63,741 nt of DNA, filler included, from Globobulimina sp. (GCA_003354225.1; 24 parts of 24 records of this genome joined end to end with filler, not necessarily neighbours in it), one strand, 5' to 3'. Shown: positions 47,893 to 61,556, numbered from the whole stretch's first letter. Numbers and translations: made by a program. The notes: a model not told the origin generated them from the sequence alone.

Positions 47893-49919
47893 CTTCAAAT
47901 TGGCAAAGCTCACTCCACTCTTTGCCCCCCGGGCCAGGCGCACCATCCATACAGGTACCACTATACCGAATGCCTCACAGTACTCTTTGTTGCGAATACC
48001 CGCACTCTCATAGCACACAAGCACCTATATAAATAAATATATAGCCCCAAGCAAGTCTGGAAGAGGCACAACGTGTGGTCAGCCGAGCCTTATCAGTACA
48101 AAATCGACCCAACCTCCCCTCAAAACCAGCCGTGGTGGCCCGCGGTATATATTCCTATGGCCAGCCTGCACTGAACAGATCCGACCCCATCTCTCTATCC
48201 GCACCAATGTCACAGGTACAAGTAGAAAATCTCGGCCCCCCACACGATTTACCCTTTTCTACTCACCCCCCCCCCTCCACCACATCCATGAGCAAAAAAT
48301 TTCGCGAAAATGGACCAAATAAAATAATGTATCCACCCAAAAACGGCCCCATTGCCATCGCAAAACGATTAAACATAGCCATTGATGAGATCCCCTCCGT
48401 TGACCCAGACGATGAGCTATCTGGAGACCTATCCGTCAGCACCTCCTTATCCTTAAAATATGCCAACCAATTGTCGCAACTCTCCATTATGGGCTATATC
48501 GACCATAATAAGAATCTACGCAGTTTATTACGCTTAGCCGGCGACATTTGCGCTGTCATGGATGAATATTTAGTCCCTTTACCATTTGAGTCCATCTACA
48601 TCGGTGACCGCGTGGTGCGTGGTCTGGACTGGAAATGGGGCGATCAAGACGGCGGCGTTGGTAATGAAGGGACGGTGCGCGGATTGCGGCAATGGCATCC
48701 CTTAGATGCCGCCAATAGCACCACCGAAGCAGTTATATTATGGGATCATGGCTTATATGGCAACTATAGATTTGGTTATAAGTCCGCTTATGACATCCGT
48801 GTCATTGACCGGCATGACAGCATTGACGAGAAGAACAACTATGAGCGCGTCGCACGGATCAGTGTAGGCGATAAGGTGTGTCGCGCGCAGATGAATTGGC
48901 GTTGGGGCGATCAGGATATAACGAACAACAATGCTGGCATTGGCACTGTGGTGGAGTTGTATGCCTCGCCTGCGCCGTTCCAAGGGGGTGCGCGAATTGC
49001 TGTGTTATGGGACCACGCCAAGCAACATTATAGGGACAAGGCGGAGGAATATATTAAAGCGCATCCGCAAGGCGATGAGGAGTGGTATGACTATGACAAT
49101 GATGATGATAATGAGGAGAAACAAGCAGAGGAGAAACAAGCAGAGGAAGCTGGACTGCAACCGGGCTGTATGCAGAATGAGAAGGAGGCATTGCTGAAAT
49201 ATAAACAATTCAACGCACAGAATAATGTGCACCGTGTACGCAAGAAAAGGAAGAAATATGTGGCGTGCCAGGTGTCTGAGACTGGCTCATCGGACGAACA
49301 TTCCTCGGAATGGGACGAGCCGGACTTTGACGAGATTTTATGTAAACCCATCGCGAAGTATCGGTGGTGTTTGCCAGACCCGAAGAGTGCGTATGGAACG
49401 GCCAATGATTTGGTGATTTCGGAGCCGATTGACATCCCGGAAAGGAGGTATTTGATGATTGATGACCGGGTGAGGAAGTCGAGGTTTTTTAAGGCCAAAC
49501 GGAAAGAGGCCAAGTCGATGCATGGCATTGTGCTGAAAGTGGAGCAGTCTGATCCGCGGCGAGTTAATCCGAACCAGATCCGCGGGGATAAGATCTATAC
49601 GACGTGGTCGTCGCATCAATCGTATAAGTTTCAATGCGATAACGGGACGGATGATATTCTCTTTTTTAAGCGAGGACAGATATTTAAGGATAAGTGGAGT
49701 CAGATCAAAGTGGGGGATCGAGTCAAGAGAGGCGTGACTTGGCTGCATAACAAGTATGGAGAGGAAGATGGTGGCCATGAAAAGAAAGGGACGGTGACTT
49801 GTATTCAATATGTGTTGCAAGTGTCTGGCATATTGGTGAAAATTAAATGGGAGAATAATAATCATATAAATTTCTATTCGTGGGGATTCAAAGATATATT
49901 TGATATTAAAAAAGTATAA
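47893..49919 (+). CDS. Protein with tandem MIB/HERC2 domains, 5'-truncated
   Basis: IGDRVVRGLDWKWGDQDGG..GTV..WDHG..GNYRFG..AYD, plus copies starting VGDKVCRA, IDDRVRKS (degenerate) and VGDRVKRG. Confidence 0.88.
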
Positions 49920-50058
49920 ATTGAATTGTTTCACCTTTGTTTGTTTGTTTGTCTGTCATGTCATGTCCCATGTAGGTTAATATGCAAATCTATCTTATAG
50001 TTTTTTATACAATATCATTGACACATTTCCGTTGAGTCTTCAGTTGTCGCTTATTTTA

Positions 50059-50451
50059 ATGGCAGAACAAAAGGTTCAACCTCAAAATATAGTGAAATCG
50101 TTTCAAAATGTACAATTTAATAAAATGGAGGATAAATATGATATGAAATTGGAATTTAATTCAAATGCAGGAGTCATTGGATTACAATTTATGAATAAAA
50201 CAAACACAAAAACATATTCACAAATATTTACCAAACAAAATATTGATAAAATTACTGTTGAATGTCGATTATCAGCAGAAAATTTATCGGCAGTAATCAT
50301 TGAACAATTTTCATCACAAGATTTCATAAATAAATTTTGTCGCATATTTCTATTTTCTGACATTAAACAAGGTATAATACAAATGTTTATATTAATATCA
50401 TAAATACATGCAATCACACAGCCACTGCAAAATGTGATCAATTTCTGCAAT
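50059..50451 (+). CDS. Hypothetical protein, first exon(s)
   Basis: MAEQKVQPQ... open to a GTATAA donor near 50372. Confidence 0.45.
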
Positions 50452-50551
50452 NNNNNNNNNNNNNNNNNNNNNNNNNNNNNNNNNNNNNNNNNNNNTTAAT
50501 TAATTAANNNNNNNNNNNNNNNNNNNNNNNNNNNNNNNNNNNNNNNNNNNN

Positions 50552-51199
50552 TTTTATATCCGTTCGGTTGCATTTGTTGCAGGTTTGGCTCTGTTCCGTG
50601 CATTCATTTAATAAATGCGCCGCCATTGCCTTGCGAAATAATTTGGCGCCGCATCCATTCTCGCATTCAATGGCTACCTCATCGCAGCTGTCTTCATGTT
50701 GTTCGCCAATTAAATACCGTAAAGCGGAGTATTTGCCACAATATAAACAGCTAACTTTGGCAAATGGACATTGTGTTTTGTTGTGCTTTTTCCATTCGCT
50801 GAGCGTTCCTGTCCAGGCGCAGTGTTTTTGGCTACGGATATCTTGTTCGTTGTCATTTGCATTTTCATTTTCATTGTCAGATTTGTCAGCATTTTCCATT
50901 TTTTTCTCGTCATCTTGCTCGTCGGAGCCGTTATTCGCTGCATTGATGTTAATGCATTTTACTTTTAAGCCATCGATAATTGCATCAATGGCAGTGTTGG
51001 CGCGGGTACTGGTCATTTTTAATTGCGCCACACAGAATTCACAATATATTTTATTGTGCGACACATCATTGATGCATTGGCGTGGTATGTTATTGCAATT
51101 GGTGCAGGCAAAGGCTTGCGCGACTTGGGCCTCTACGAACAATGACATGTCCCATATTGAGTCGTTTGGCTGCTTCGTCATGTTCACTTCAGACGACAT
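50552..51199 (-). CDS. TRAF-type zinc-finger protein with degenerate RING, 3'-truncated
   Basis: CTNCNNIP..YCEFC; CAWTGTL..H..QCPFAKVSC; CENGCGAKLFRKAMAAHLLNEC. Confidence 0.85.
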
Positions 51200-51308
51200 C
51201 TTCGTGTTAAAAAAAAAAAAAATCGCAAAAAACAATTGTACAGTATGACCACGAACACAAATATTACAAATTATGCATTTATATGTAATTAAACACGCGA
51301 ATAATGAC

Positions 51309-51827
51309 TCAATAATCTGAATTTGAGGCATAAACACTGGCAATAATAATTAAGATAAAAAAAATAAATAATCTGAGAACGAATCGACGAATGCAACATC
51401 CTCTGTTTATATTTTGTGCTTGTGCTTGATTGACTTGATTCGCTTGGTTTTGAACGCAATGAATACATTGATATACAGCGGGTATTCCTTGCTGCTGTCC
51501 TTGTTGTAATGTTATCACACGTCGACAATGAATATTACATGTATTTGTATTACACACAGAACACTGATAAGCAGATAATTGATCACAATTTGCTATGCTA
51601 CACATCAACATTGCTTCTTGCCCTTCATTTGTGCTTTGATTTATTTGAATCACTCGAATTTCTCGATTTTGTTGATTACCTTCATCAATGGCACTCATAT
51701 CTATTAAATTATTTTGTTGTTCATTATTATCATTTATTTTTACCAATGGTGCTGCTGGAGCTATATTTGCTTCTTTTCTCCCTTCTCCTTCTCCATCCAA
51801 TAATTTTACTTCAGCTTCGTTTGCCAT
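51309..51827 (-). CDS. Small tail-anchored protein with Cys/His zinc-finger-like cluster
   Basis: CSIANC..CSVCNTNTCNIHC..CIHC; C-terminal TM helix. Confidence 0.65.
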   Translation of the reverse strand: MANEAEVKLLDGEGEGRKEANIAPAAPLVKINDNNEQQNNLIDMSAIDEGNQQNREIRVIQINQSTNEGQEAMLMCSIANCDQLSAYQCSVCNTNTCNIHCRRVITLQQGQQQGIPAVYQCIHCVQNQANQVNQAQAQNINRGCCIRRFVLRLFIFFILIIIASVYASNSDY

Positions 51828-51866
51828 GCTGTATATGTAGAAAACTACAGTACTTTCATTTCAAAC

Positions 51867-53110
51867 ATGGCTCACACTGCTTCACTTCTGTTGAAAGTTC
51901 CAACAATTATACTGTCAATATTTTCGTTGATCGGCTCATTGTATGTTTGTTTATCAGAGTATATGTTGCGCCGTCTTCGAAAACTATCAAGAAAACAAAA
52001 CGTTACAAAACCATTTGTAATCACACATTTGGTATTTTGGATGTCATTCAGTGATATTATGATTAATATATGGATATTATTGGTATGGATACCACCAATA
52101 TTTGGTGAAATTAATTATTATCCAATAGATATTTGTAAAGGAATCGCTGTATTTGCTCAATTCTTTTTAGTGGTTTCCTCGTGTTTTTATTGTGTTCTTA
52201 TATATATCACTTCCATTATGGTTACCGCTGCGTATTCGATTACAAATAAAAAATCAGCTGCAGCCTATCAAAGAATGATTGATAACAATAAATCAACATA
52301 TTTTGATCAAACAAAAAACGCATTAACAAACGAACTAAATACAATCGTAATTCGTGGTGGGATGTTTGCTCTGTCAATGGCTACAATTTTAACCATTATC
52401 CCATTTATCGGTATGTATTTATAGATAAATGTTTTCCAAAAACGTTTTTTGTTTATTTGTATATAGATATGGATAGTTATGGATATGTATACAATGGATT
52501 TGAATGTTGGATACGTAATAATTATTATCAGCTATGTTTATATATTCCAATAGCAATATATATGTTATTTGCTTTAATATTAACATTCTATGCCATTTGT
52601 AGAGTGCGTAAAATATCGTCAAATAAAACTAAAAAAAGATTATTATCATTTACAAGTATATTTATTGTAACTTGGACATTTCCATTAATTGTAACGTTAT
52701 GGCCGATAATTAAAATAAATACAAAACCTCCATTATTTTTATTAATTTTGCATAATGTGAGCTTAGGTTGTATCGGTTTGGGAAATTCAATTGTGTGGAT
52801 ATCTTCTTCTTCATTTCAATCATTTCATAAATCCATTAAAAAAATAAAAAATATGAATAATTTGCCTATGGCCAATAATATCTACAACGATATGGAGAAT
52901 AAGAAAAATAATAATAAACAAAAAACATATAAATTGGATCATTTAGCATTAAATAATTTAAATCGACATAAAAAATCATTTATAAAAAATGAAAATGCCA
53001 AACAATGTCAAATTGTGTGTAAAAATGAAAAAAAATATACAAAATCACGGAAAATTGATAATGTTCAAATGTCAGCAATATCGTCGACAACAAATAATAT
53101 TGAAAATCAT
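51867..53110 (+). CDS. cAMP-receptor-like (Dictyostelium CAR-type) GPCR, 3'-truncated; intron 52411-52466
   Basis: LSIFSLIGS, LVFWMSFSD, CKGIAVFAQFF, YG..GFECWI, IFIVTWTFP, GLGNSIVW; seven TM helices. Confidence 0.8.
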
Positions 53111-55868
53111 NNNNNNNNNNNNNNNNNNNNNNNNNNNNNNNNNNNNNNNNNNNNTTAATTAATTAANNNNNNNNNNNNNNNNNNNNNNNNNNNNNNNNNN
53201 NNNNNNNNNNATTACCAATCTATTTATTTTCTATGTTAAATTAATCAGCAAATAATTAATTTGGAATAACATATTTCATGCAATTATCCAGCAATAAAAG
53301 GTAGGTTAAAATAGATCATTTTTTTCAAAATATTTAAACTGATGACAGAAGTCGACGAGGGACAGAATATATTTATGTTGAACGACACGTCTCATTGATC
53401 CTATTCTGAGATATTCAATATTTGTTTTTATTAATTGTCATTTTCCAGAAATTTCTTATTAATTAAAATAAAAATGTAAAAATAAACAGGCTATGGCTCA
53501 AAATGAGTGTTAACGTTCTATGATAAATCAGTATGTTAATTGTATTTTATTCTTTTTGTTGCAATGCACATTTAGCCGATCCAGCATTTCTTTTTATAAT
53601 GTTGCAATTATAATAAATATGCAAACAAAACATTTATCACAACTGACACTGACAATGCCACTGTGAAGCAAATCAGTTTTAGAGTCGTTTGCACACTGAT
53701 TCATAAATGGTGTTTTGTAGATGCTTTTGGTTTGCAACATTGTGTATTTTCGCAAGTCATATCCTCACTTTCTCCCTTTGTTATAATTTAATTACATAGA
53801 TATTGCATGGCCCTGTTCCGTATGTATTGCATTTGTATTTATTTTGCATTGGATCCGGCTATGATGAACCGAGATTTTTCTTTATTGCAAAATCTATCAC
53901 ATAATTGCGAGCCTAATTTTTATTGGGCGATGGCGATGAATCCCACGCTTTTGGACTAGCAACCATTTGGCTGACTATTTATAAATCCATTCTTATTCGA
54001 AATTATATTTGTTTGCCTTATCGCACTTAAATGGAATATTTTATATTTGTGTTTTTATACAGATTCAGTATGTAAAAGCAAACCTATTTTTCTATTTCTT
54101 TTGATGAATATGAGTTTCGCACAGATTATGATTTTAATTTACATGATCACATATAACTCATTTGTATCTTTATCTGATTTACACTCATTTGTATCTTTCT
54201 TTTTTTATCCATGGTCTATGCATATTTTCTAATTATTATTTGTAAACAGATCCCAATCAACATATATTCGCATCGCATCGCTTCGGCATCGCATCCCAAC
54301 GTATGTTATTTGATAAATTGTGTTATTTGTTTTTTGATGATGATATTTAACATGCACCACCTACTCGATACGCAAATATGTGTAATTGATGATAACATAA
54401 ATGTTCCTGATACAAAACCTAAACATAAATCTGTCTGCTTATTTTCTTTTTGTTTTACACTCATTTCTTTTATATCTGTATACAGTGCGCACTTACAATG
54501 ACCAGCAATATGAAGCGTTATGGAACTATGTATTTACAATCGTTTGTGGCGAATGGTATGTTTTGTAGATTTATGGTGCACTTTGATGAAAAGCATTGTT
54601 CACAGTTTTGAGAGCAATCCGTGAAACAACAACTTTGGAGACCTGATCTGATGGCACCCATTTTGTTTTATATATATATAAAATTTGTATACACAAACTA
54701 TATAAATATTTACCGAATTTTTGTGTTTTACATTCCATATAGGACTCAATGTGTTATATTAGAATGATGAATCATTGAATATCAAATTATCGGCTCCCAA
54801 CCCACTGAATTGCAATCATACAAATCCATGGATATTGGCCATGCTTCGATTTGTATTTAATTATTTTGCCTGGATCCGATTTACATGGGATTCCCTTCCA
54901 AATGTATAGAATATGAGAGTTTAGTATGTATGCACATTGATATCCTCCTCCTCCCATACAGCTGCCATGATGCTTTATCCCCTGTGGTACTGACAACAAA
55001 TGATGTACATTTGGGTAAATTTCTTTTCTGACAAAATATTTGACTGATTACAATTGTATACATATTTGAATATATTATATATACTTTTTCCATTTCATAT
55101 TTAGTAAATAATGTATTTTTATTTTCTAAATAGATATTGGGGACCGACAAATTTTATCACTGAATATTATGATGACAGCAACGCGTTTCTTGGATAACAC
55201 AACGTTTAGTTTTCTATTCTATTTTTATGTGTTACTCCTTACTTAGTGGCATTTTTGTATTTGTTATGCCACACTGAGACTAAGTGACACTACATCGAAT
55301 TTTAAAGTGTATTTCTATTTCATCTCAGCTTGCATTAATTGAAAATATGCAGTGAGACTAAACTATACAATACATATTGTCCACAGATTTGCGCTATTTG
55401 TCGAGTTGACATTTGCTGTTTGGATGTATTGAAGGTTTGTAAATGCGAGAAAACCAAATGTTTGTTATATAAGTGATGATAAGACAAGAAGGCCGATAAT
55501 GATCCCATATGAAATGGGAAATGAGCGAACATGTCAAATTGTCTGATTTTGCATTTTTATATTTGCACATTCAATTTTTTTCTCCATTTGACGTTTGGCA
55601 AAAATATATATTCTGTTTTTGTTGATTGTATAATTAGGAACAAATAGCAATGGATTACAGCACACATTTATAATGATACAAAATGTATGTTATTGAGTAT
55701 ATATATTGGAATTTAGTGATGACCGTATTTTAACTCCTTGGACAGAATAATTTTTGTTGAATGAAACANNNNNNNNNNNNNNNNNNNNNNNNNNNNNNNN
55801 NNNNNNNNNNNNTTAATTAATTAANNNNNNNNNNNNNNNNNNNNNNNNNNNNNNNNNNNNNNNNNNNN

Positions 55869-57038
55869 AAAAAATGGCATCTAATTGTATGTTTGGGACA
55901 GGATATAAGGCATCAAATTCGTTTTGTAAATTCGGTATGTTTGCGTCATCTAAGTATTTATCGACATATTCATCCACTAATTTCTGTAATTTCTCATAGG
56001 TACAAAGCAAACAGTGTACGTAAAACAAATGATGTTCGGACACGGTTTGCCAATCATTTTCTCGTAGAATATCATCCACTTTGTCGTAAAATAATACTTC
56101 TGCAAAGGAGGAGGTGCCCGCTATGATGCTCGCATATTTATCATCCGCTGAGCTTTGTTTTTGGTCGCTTGATGCCGATTTATTCGCTTTACTGTGTAGT
56201 TCGTATTTATTTATTGTGCAAGGATAACAATGTTACATTTAACTTGAGATTGTGGCTGTTATTGGCATTGTGATTACTATTTAGAATGTGTTGAGTGGTG
56301 TAATGATGGTTCATATCCGATATATTTTTGCCATTTAACTGTTTTAGTTTGGCATATTTCGCAATTAATTTGTACTGCGGTGGAGATGGTATAAATTTGA
56401 AGTTAATGAGTTCGCCATGAACCATAATGTTCGCTAAACAGAAATGAGAGGTTGAGAATGAGACGGGATATATGCTATGAATGCCAGAATAGCAGTCTTC
56501 CATACACAGGCTCGTTTTGTCCACGATGGTGAACTCAGAAAAGGTGGGAAAGCCTTTGGTTTTATAGCTATTCATATATTTTTATATTAGTTATAAGTAT
56601 ATGGTACATCGCAAAGTCGCAAGTACTTAACTCAGAAGCATGCAATTCACAAAATACTAACTCAATGTCGATATATACTCTTTGTTTTGGTTCATATGGT
56701 AAATCTAAACGAAATAAACAGCCTTCATTTAGACGCACTTTCTGTTCTTGATATTGTACTCGAAATACAGACGAACAAAAGGAAGAAGTCACATCATCGA
56801 TGTGACCCATTGACGATGGACGATCTTTTGAACGAACTAGAAAATCGCGTTCATGCTGTTTGCCAATCATTGTACGATATGGTAACGCAAAATGTTTGGT
56901 TTCTCCATCACTGGATTCTTCTGAAATATTTAATGTTTTATTGTATAATGCAATACGAAAAAAATATAAGCCCTGGCGAAATAAATCCACATTACAAAAA
57001 TGAGTGAGGTAGATCCCAAATTCGTAGGTGCTATTCAT
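55869..57038 (-). CDS. FAM135-like protein, N-terminal exons, 3'-truncated
   Basis: EFGIYLTHFCNVDLFRQGLYFFRI, SSVFRVQYQEQKVRLNE..FRL and GIHSIYPVSF..SHF resemble the FAM135 N-terminus; exact splice sites not resolved. Confidence 0.75.
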
Positions 57039-57092
57039 TCTCAACAAAAAAAAACTGTCAATTAGGAGTTTTGGGTATGATCTAACGCAACC

Positions 57093-57986
57093 ATGGCTAA
57101 CCTCTGGCTAGTATTAATCAGCAGCGTATGGATCAATATTGACGCTTATGACGATTCAAATTGTACATACTTACAAGCTAAACTAACACAAGGGAGTGAA
57201 AGCTATTTAGTTGCATATGTTCCTTACGTCTGTATGTCCTTTGGAAGAACGCATGTTACCGACAAACGAGGATGGCATACACATATTGATAAAAGTGGAA
57301 TGTTTTCATGTCAATCCAATGGAGAATTGCGTTATGATGAATATAGTGACGGAGTGTGTGAAGATAATAATCCATCATCGACAACAAATTTAAACACAGG
57401 AAATGATGTAAAAGTTGGTGATGATACCGTAACAATTCGAGATTTTCGATGTGATGATAGCTCTGAAAATGCAGTCTGTGAGTTCTTGTTAAGTCGCATA
57501 GAATTATATGATGAGGCTTCCTGTTCAGGAGAAGGACCATTATATGACGAGGTATATATCGTTGATAAATGTCTACCAACATTGACAGGAAAATACCAAG
57601 TTATATCATGTTCGTGGTATGAGGCAACACGGTCAGTATTTGATGACGAGGATTGCACTCAAAATGGACAGGGTGAGGTGTATTTAGATAATGATTATTA
57701 TGAAGACTCTTGCAGTTCGGAGGCGTGTCGTGATTTGAATATTTATAGTTGCAGAAGAAATGTTAGGTTGTGTTAGGTCGTAAAACATAAAACAAAATAA
57801 TATATACATTTACAGTTTACTTTATGTAGTAATGGAGGCAGTAATCCTTTCAATTATTGGTGTGATGAGGGTTGGCCCGTAGCGCAAGAATTTTTGTGTC
57901 AAAGTGTGGGAAGAAGAACGCGTCATTGTTGTGGTGTATTGGTCTTAATATTAATAATTGTTTTGTTTTTGTTTTTGATTGTATGA
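57093..57986 (+). CDS. Secreted Cys-rich protein with C-terminal hydrophobic anchor; intron 57762-57815
   Basis: Signal peptide; repeated Y.D..C motifs; second exon ends VLVLILIIVLFLFLIV*. Confidence 0.75.
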
Positions 57987-58526
57987 TTGATGAATTATTT
58001 GTGAATAATGGAACTCATCGTTACTTAACTTGAGTGAGTTTTTTTTTGTTCTATTATTCGTTTATATTATAGCATCGCTTCGTTTTAAGTGACATTTTGT
58101 AAACTACCGTAGTTTCTCAATGAACCCATCGCCTGCAGTTTATCCTGCAAATGTATTGTATGTATTTTATCTCTTGTTTAAAAATCATGTATTTGTATGT
58201 TTCTTATCATACAGAGGAGATACTCAAAATCGACAACAAAGTATGCTCATTCACCTTATTTTTATCAACAAAATTTTAAAAAATATAAAATATAGTCGCA
58301 ACCATATTGCAATCCATGGGCTTTGAAACTGAGGATATTGCCAAAGCCTTCAATGTTTTTGAAGTTATTTTTATTTTTATTTATTTTTTTTTCAATCTAT
58401 GCATTATAATGTTCCATAATCCATATNNNNNNNNNNNNNNNNNNNNNNNNNNNNNNNNNNNNNNNNNNNNTTAATTAATTAANNNNNNNNNNNNNNNNNN
58501 NNNNNNNNNNNNNNNNNNNNNNNNNN

Positions 58527-59894
58527 TTTTTCTTTCGTTTTTTGCTATATTTTTTATTTAATTTATGCAGTAATTGCGAGGGCAAATATTGTCGCAAATT
58601 GTAGGTCTTTTCTTTGTATGATTCATCGCTTTCAATTTCTTTTACGTATATTCGTGGATGCGGATTAAAGGCAGAATCATCTGATATCAGTAATGTATAT
58701 CGCGAATTGTCATGGACTGTGGATGCATTTTGCGGTGCGAGGCCTGGTGGCAACCTGTGTGGAAATGGCAGATTGTCGGTATACGTCATAATAAATCAAG
58801 CAAAACGAAAGAAAGTTTGATACGTAACGCAAAGTATTGATGTTGCAGTTGCTTTTGCAGTTTGTTTCGATGCACTTTTGCCATTTTTATGGCTTTCTCT
58901 CTCCACTGAGCACGTTTTCCTTTTTGGTTTTGCTCGTTTAATAATTTTTGCTGCAATTTTGAAGTTGCCACAAATGCGCGTTGTTTGTTAACAAGATGTT
59001 GTTGAACTATTTTCTGCTGATTTAGAATTGCAGTTTTTTGTAAATTGTCGATGTTTGTGTGAGCTGATTCGTGTCCACTGCCAATTGATGATTGTAAGTT
59101 ATTGTAATGATTTGTTAATTTTTGTAATTCATTCTCTTTATTTATTTCCCATTTTATTTCCATTTCATTTTGAATTTGCTGCTTTGTTAATTGTTGTAAT
59201 TCGACATATTGCACTCGATCGTTGTTGTTTGGCGAGTTGTTTTTCTTTATTTCGCACTGCTTTAATGCGTTCAATACGTTTTTGTTGGACCTTATGTTGA
59301 GCGAAAGTCGCGGCTGCTTCTCTCGAAAAAGACTGCATTCAAAACAGTGTGGACTGGACAGGAAATTAAAAAAAACTAAAAACGCCTGAAAATGTATGGA
59401 AGACATTTCACAGATTGAACAATATAAATATGATAATAACCAGTTTAGACAATGTATGAAGTAGAGTGTCAAACAAAATGTCAATGAATGTCATTTTGAT
59501 ACATTAAATTTTAAAATATTTAGTTTCAAATTTTTTATCAAACTTCCAAGATATTGTTGGCCGAATCGATATTCTTTTGTATTGCTTGTTGAGTTTCAAT
59601 TTGTTGTTTCCATTTTAAACATTGTAAATGAGCCATAATATTATTATTCGAAGTGGTAAAATGTTGCATTATCTTCATTCCTTTTACCAATCTGAATGAA
59701 TTTTGATTAATTAATTCCTGATATTCGATTAGTAATTGTTTAAATTCAGTGCTGTATTGTTGTGGAATCTCATTCTCTTCGTTTGATTCAACGGATTCAT
59801 TCGGTTTTTGTCTTTTTTGGGGATGATTAGATTCATCGTTTTTGCGCTGATCATGATGTGAAATATCAGCATACGATCTTTTTTTGTGATTCAT
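58527..59894 (-). CDS. Multi-exon Gln/Lys-rich hypothetical protein, 3'-truncated
   Basis: Three successive minus-strand ORFs separated by intron-like AT tracts; no domain recognised. Confidence 0.45.
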
Positions 59895-60013
59895 TGTATG
59901 ATATATGTTCAATTTGAATTTACTGAGAACAAAAGGATCGAGCTGAAGAATAAAGAATGAATTTGTTGTTGAAGTAACTAAAAATAAAAATCCTCAAAAT
60001 ATTTGTTTTAACC

Positions 60014-61084
60014 ATGGCTGAGGATAAAAACACAAAAACAAAGAGTCTCTCTTTCTTCATATTCGAACATTTTGCGTCTCCCATATTTTTGCATCTTTAT
60101 ACAATCGAATGCAAAGTGACTGATAAATTGAAGAATAATGAGCATTTTGAAAAATCAGCAACAGAAATGGCAATGGCATATATTGACGAATTGACGAAGA
60201 ACAATGCCAAGAATATGCTGGAAATACTGTTAATTAATTATAAGATTTGCGAGTCGTGCATTTTGCCGACTGTTTTAATCCGAGAAATCTTGGAATATGG
60301 CTATGATATTAAGAAAGAGTTAAAGTTATTTGACAAAGATATTGATTTTGAAATTCCTTTTTTAGAGAAAATGAAAATAATCCCACTGTTATTCGATTGG
60401 ATTGAATGTATATTGAATATGGTTTTAGTTCTTTGTAACTGGTACGAATATTATTATTATTGCACAGTATTTGCCTCCTTACAATACATTGTCACATTGA
60501 TCCATTTGCTTTTGTGCCATTTCTCCTTTTTTGTGAATGCGTCAATGCCCAGTCATTTATTGCGACGATGGGATTCCTATTATTCTATCTACAAAAATCA
60601 AAGTGATCGCACCCGAAATGAAAATGAAAATGAAAACAAGTTATTGCGCGACAGGAATAAATTATTATTGTTACCATACAGGAAATGGACAAATATGAAG
60701 ACGTCGTTGAATGTGCCGCAGTGTTTGGCCAATGATTATATTTGGATATTTGCAAAGTGTTACAATTGCTGCATTTATAAATTGATAATGTATCATAATA
60801 TTTGCCTATGTTTTGCGACCATATCACATAAAAACTATTATTTTCGGCAATGGCATGCTTTTGCTTTGTATATTATTCCTATTTTGTACATCGGCGTTAA
60901 AGCGATTTTCTTTAAATATGTCTATTTAAATCATATTAATATTGGGAGATATTTGCTGTTATTTGCAGGCATTGCGGTTTCTTTTTATTACGATGAGGCT
61001 GATGAGCCATTACCGGTGATTGTGTTGAATGTGGCGTGGAAACTATTTGGTTTGCATTTTTATAATTATTTAATGTTTAATTAC
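60014..61084 (+). CDS. Hypothetical multi-pass membrane protein, 3'-truncated
   Basis: Long ORF with ILPTVLIREILEY motif and several hydrophobic segments. Confidence 0.55.
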
Positions 61085-61184
61085 NNNNNNNNNNNNNNNN
61101 NNNNNNNNNNNNNNNNNNNNNNNNNNNNTTAATTAATTAANNNNNNNNNNNNNNNNNNNNNNNNNNNNNNNNNNNNNNNNNNNN

Positions 61185-61263
61185 GATCCTCACTGGTGTG
61201 GTGTGCAGACTTCAAATCTGTAGGTGTATAACAACACAGTGGTTCGATTCCACCTTCTGCGCG
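61185..61263 (+). tRNA. tRNA-Sec: Eukaryotic selenocysteine tRNA (anticodon TCA at 61212-61214); first ~8 nt cut off by the contig end
   Basis: GATCCTCACTGGTGTGGTG-TGCAGA CTTCAAA TCTGTA-long variable arm GTGT..ACAC-GTGG TTCGATT CCAC-CTTCTGCGC-G; 6-bp anticodon stem, 4-bp T stem and G discriminator, colinear with vertebrate tRNA-Sec. Confidence 0.93.
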
Positions 61264-61556
61264 GTAAACGTCTGAGACATTTTTTGTATCATTCCCATGA
61301 AATCCAGCAACACTAGTCACGTAAACTGCAAATTGATACTTTTGTAGTTTCAATCATTTGAACATGACTAAAGTTTTCACCATTTTAAAAATCATGAATA
61401 AGGGTTTTTTTTTAAAGTGATAGAACGTTTAGCGTCAGAATGTAACGTTTCTATCGTCATGAATTGTGGAATATAGATAATTAAATTTAATAATTAAGAA
61501 TCAGATCATAATTTTTTCCATTTGATAACGTGATCGAAATTCAGAGTTATTTAATA

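Noticed and set aside
2563-61184. Regularly spaced TTAATTAATTAA palindromes in N runs (array-like periodicity)
   Set aside because: Artificial six-frame-stop contig linkers; ORFs ending in X..N or LIN are artefacts, and cross-contig gene neighbourhoods are meaningless
61210-61216. Opal suppressor or Trp(UCA) tRNA
   Set aside because: Long variable arm, 6-bp anticodon stem and 4-bp T stem identify tRNA-Sec
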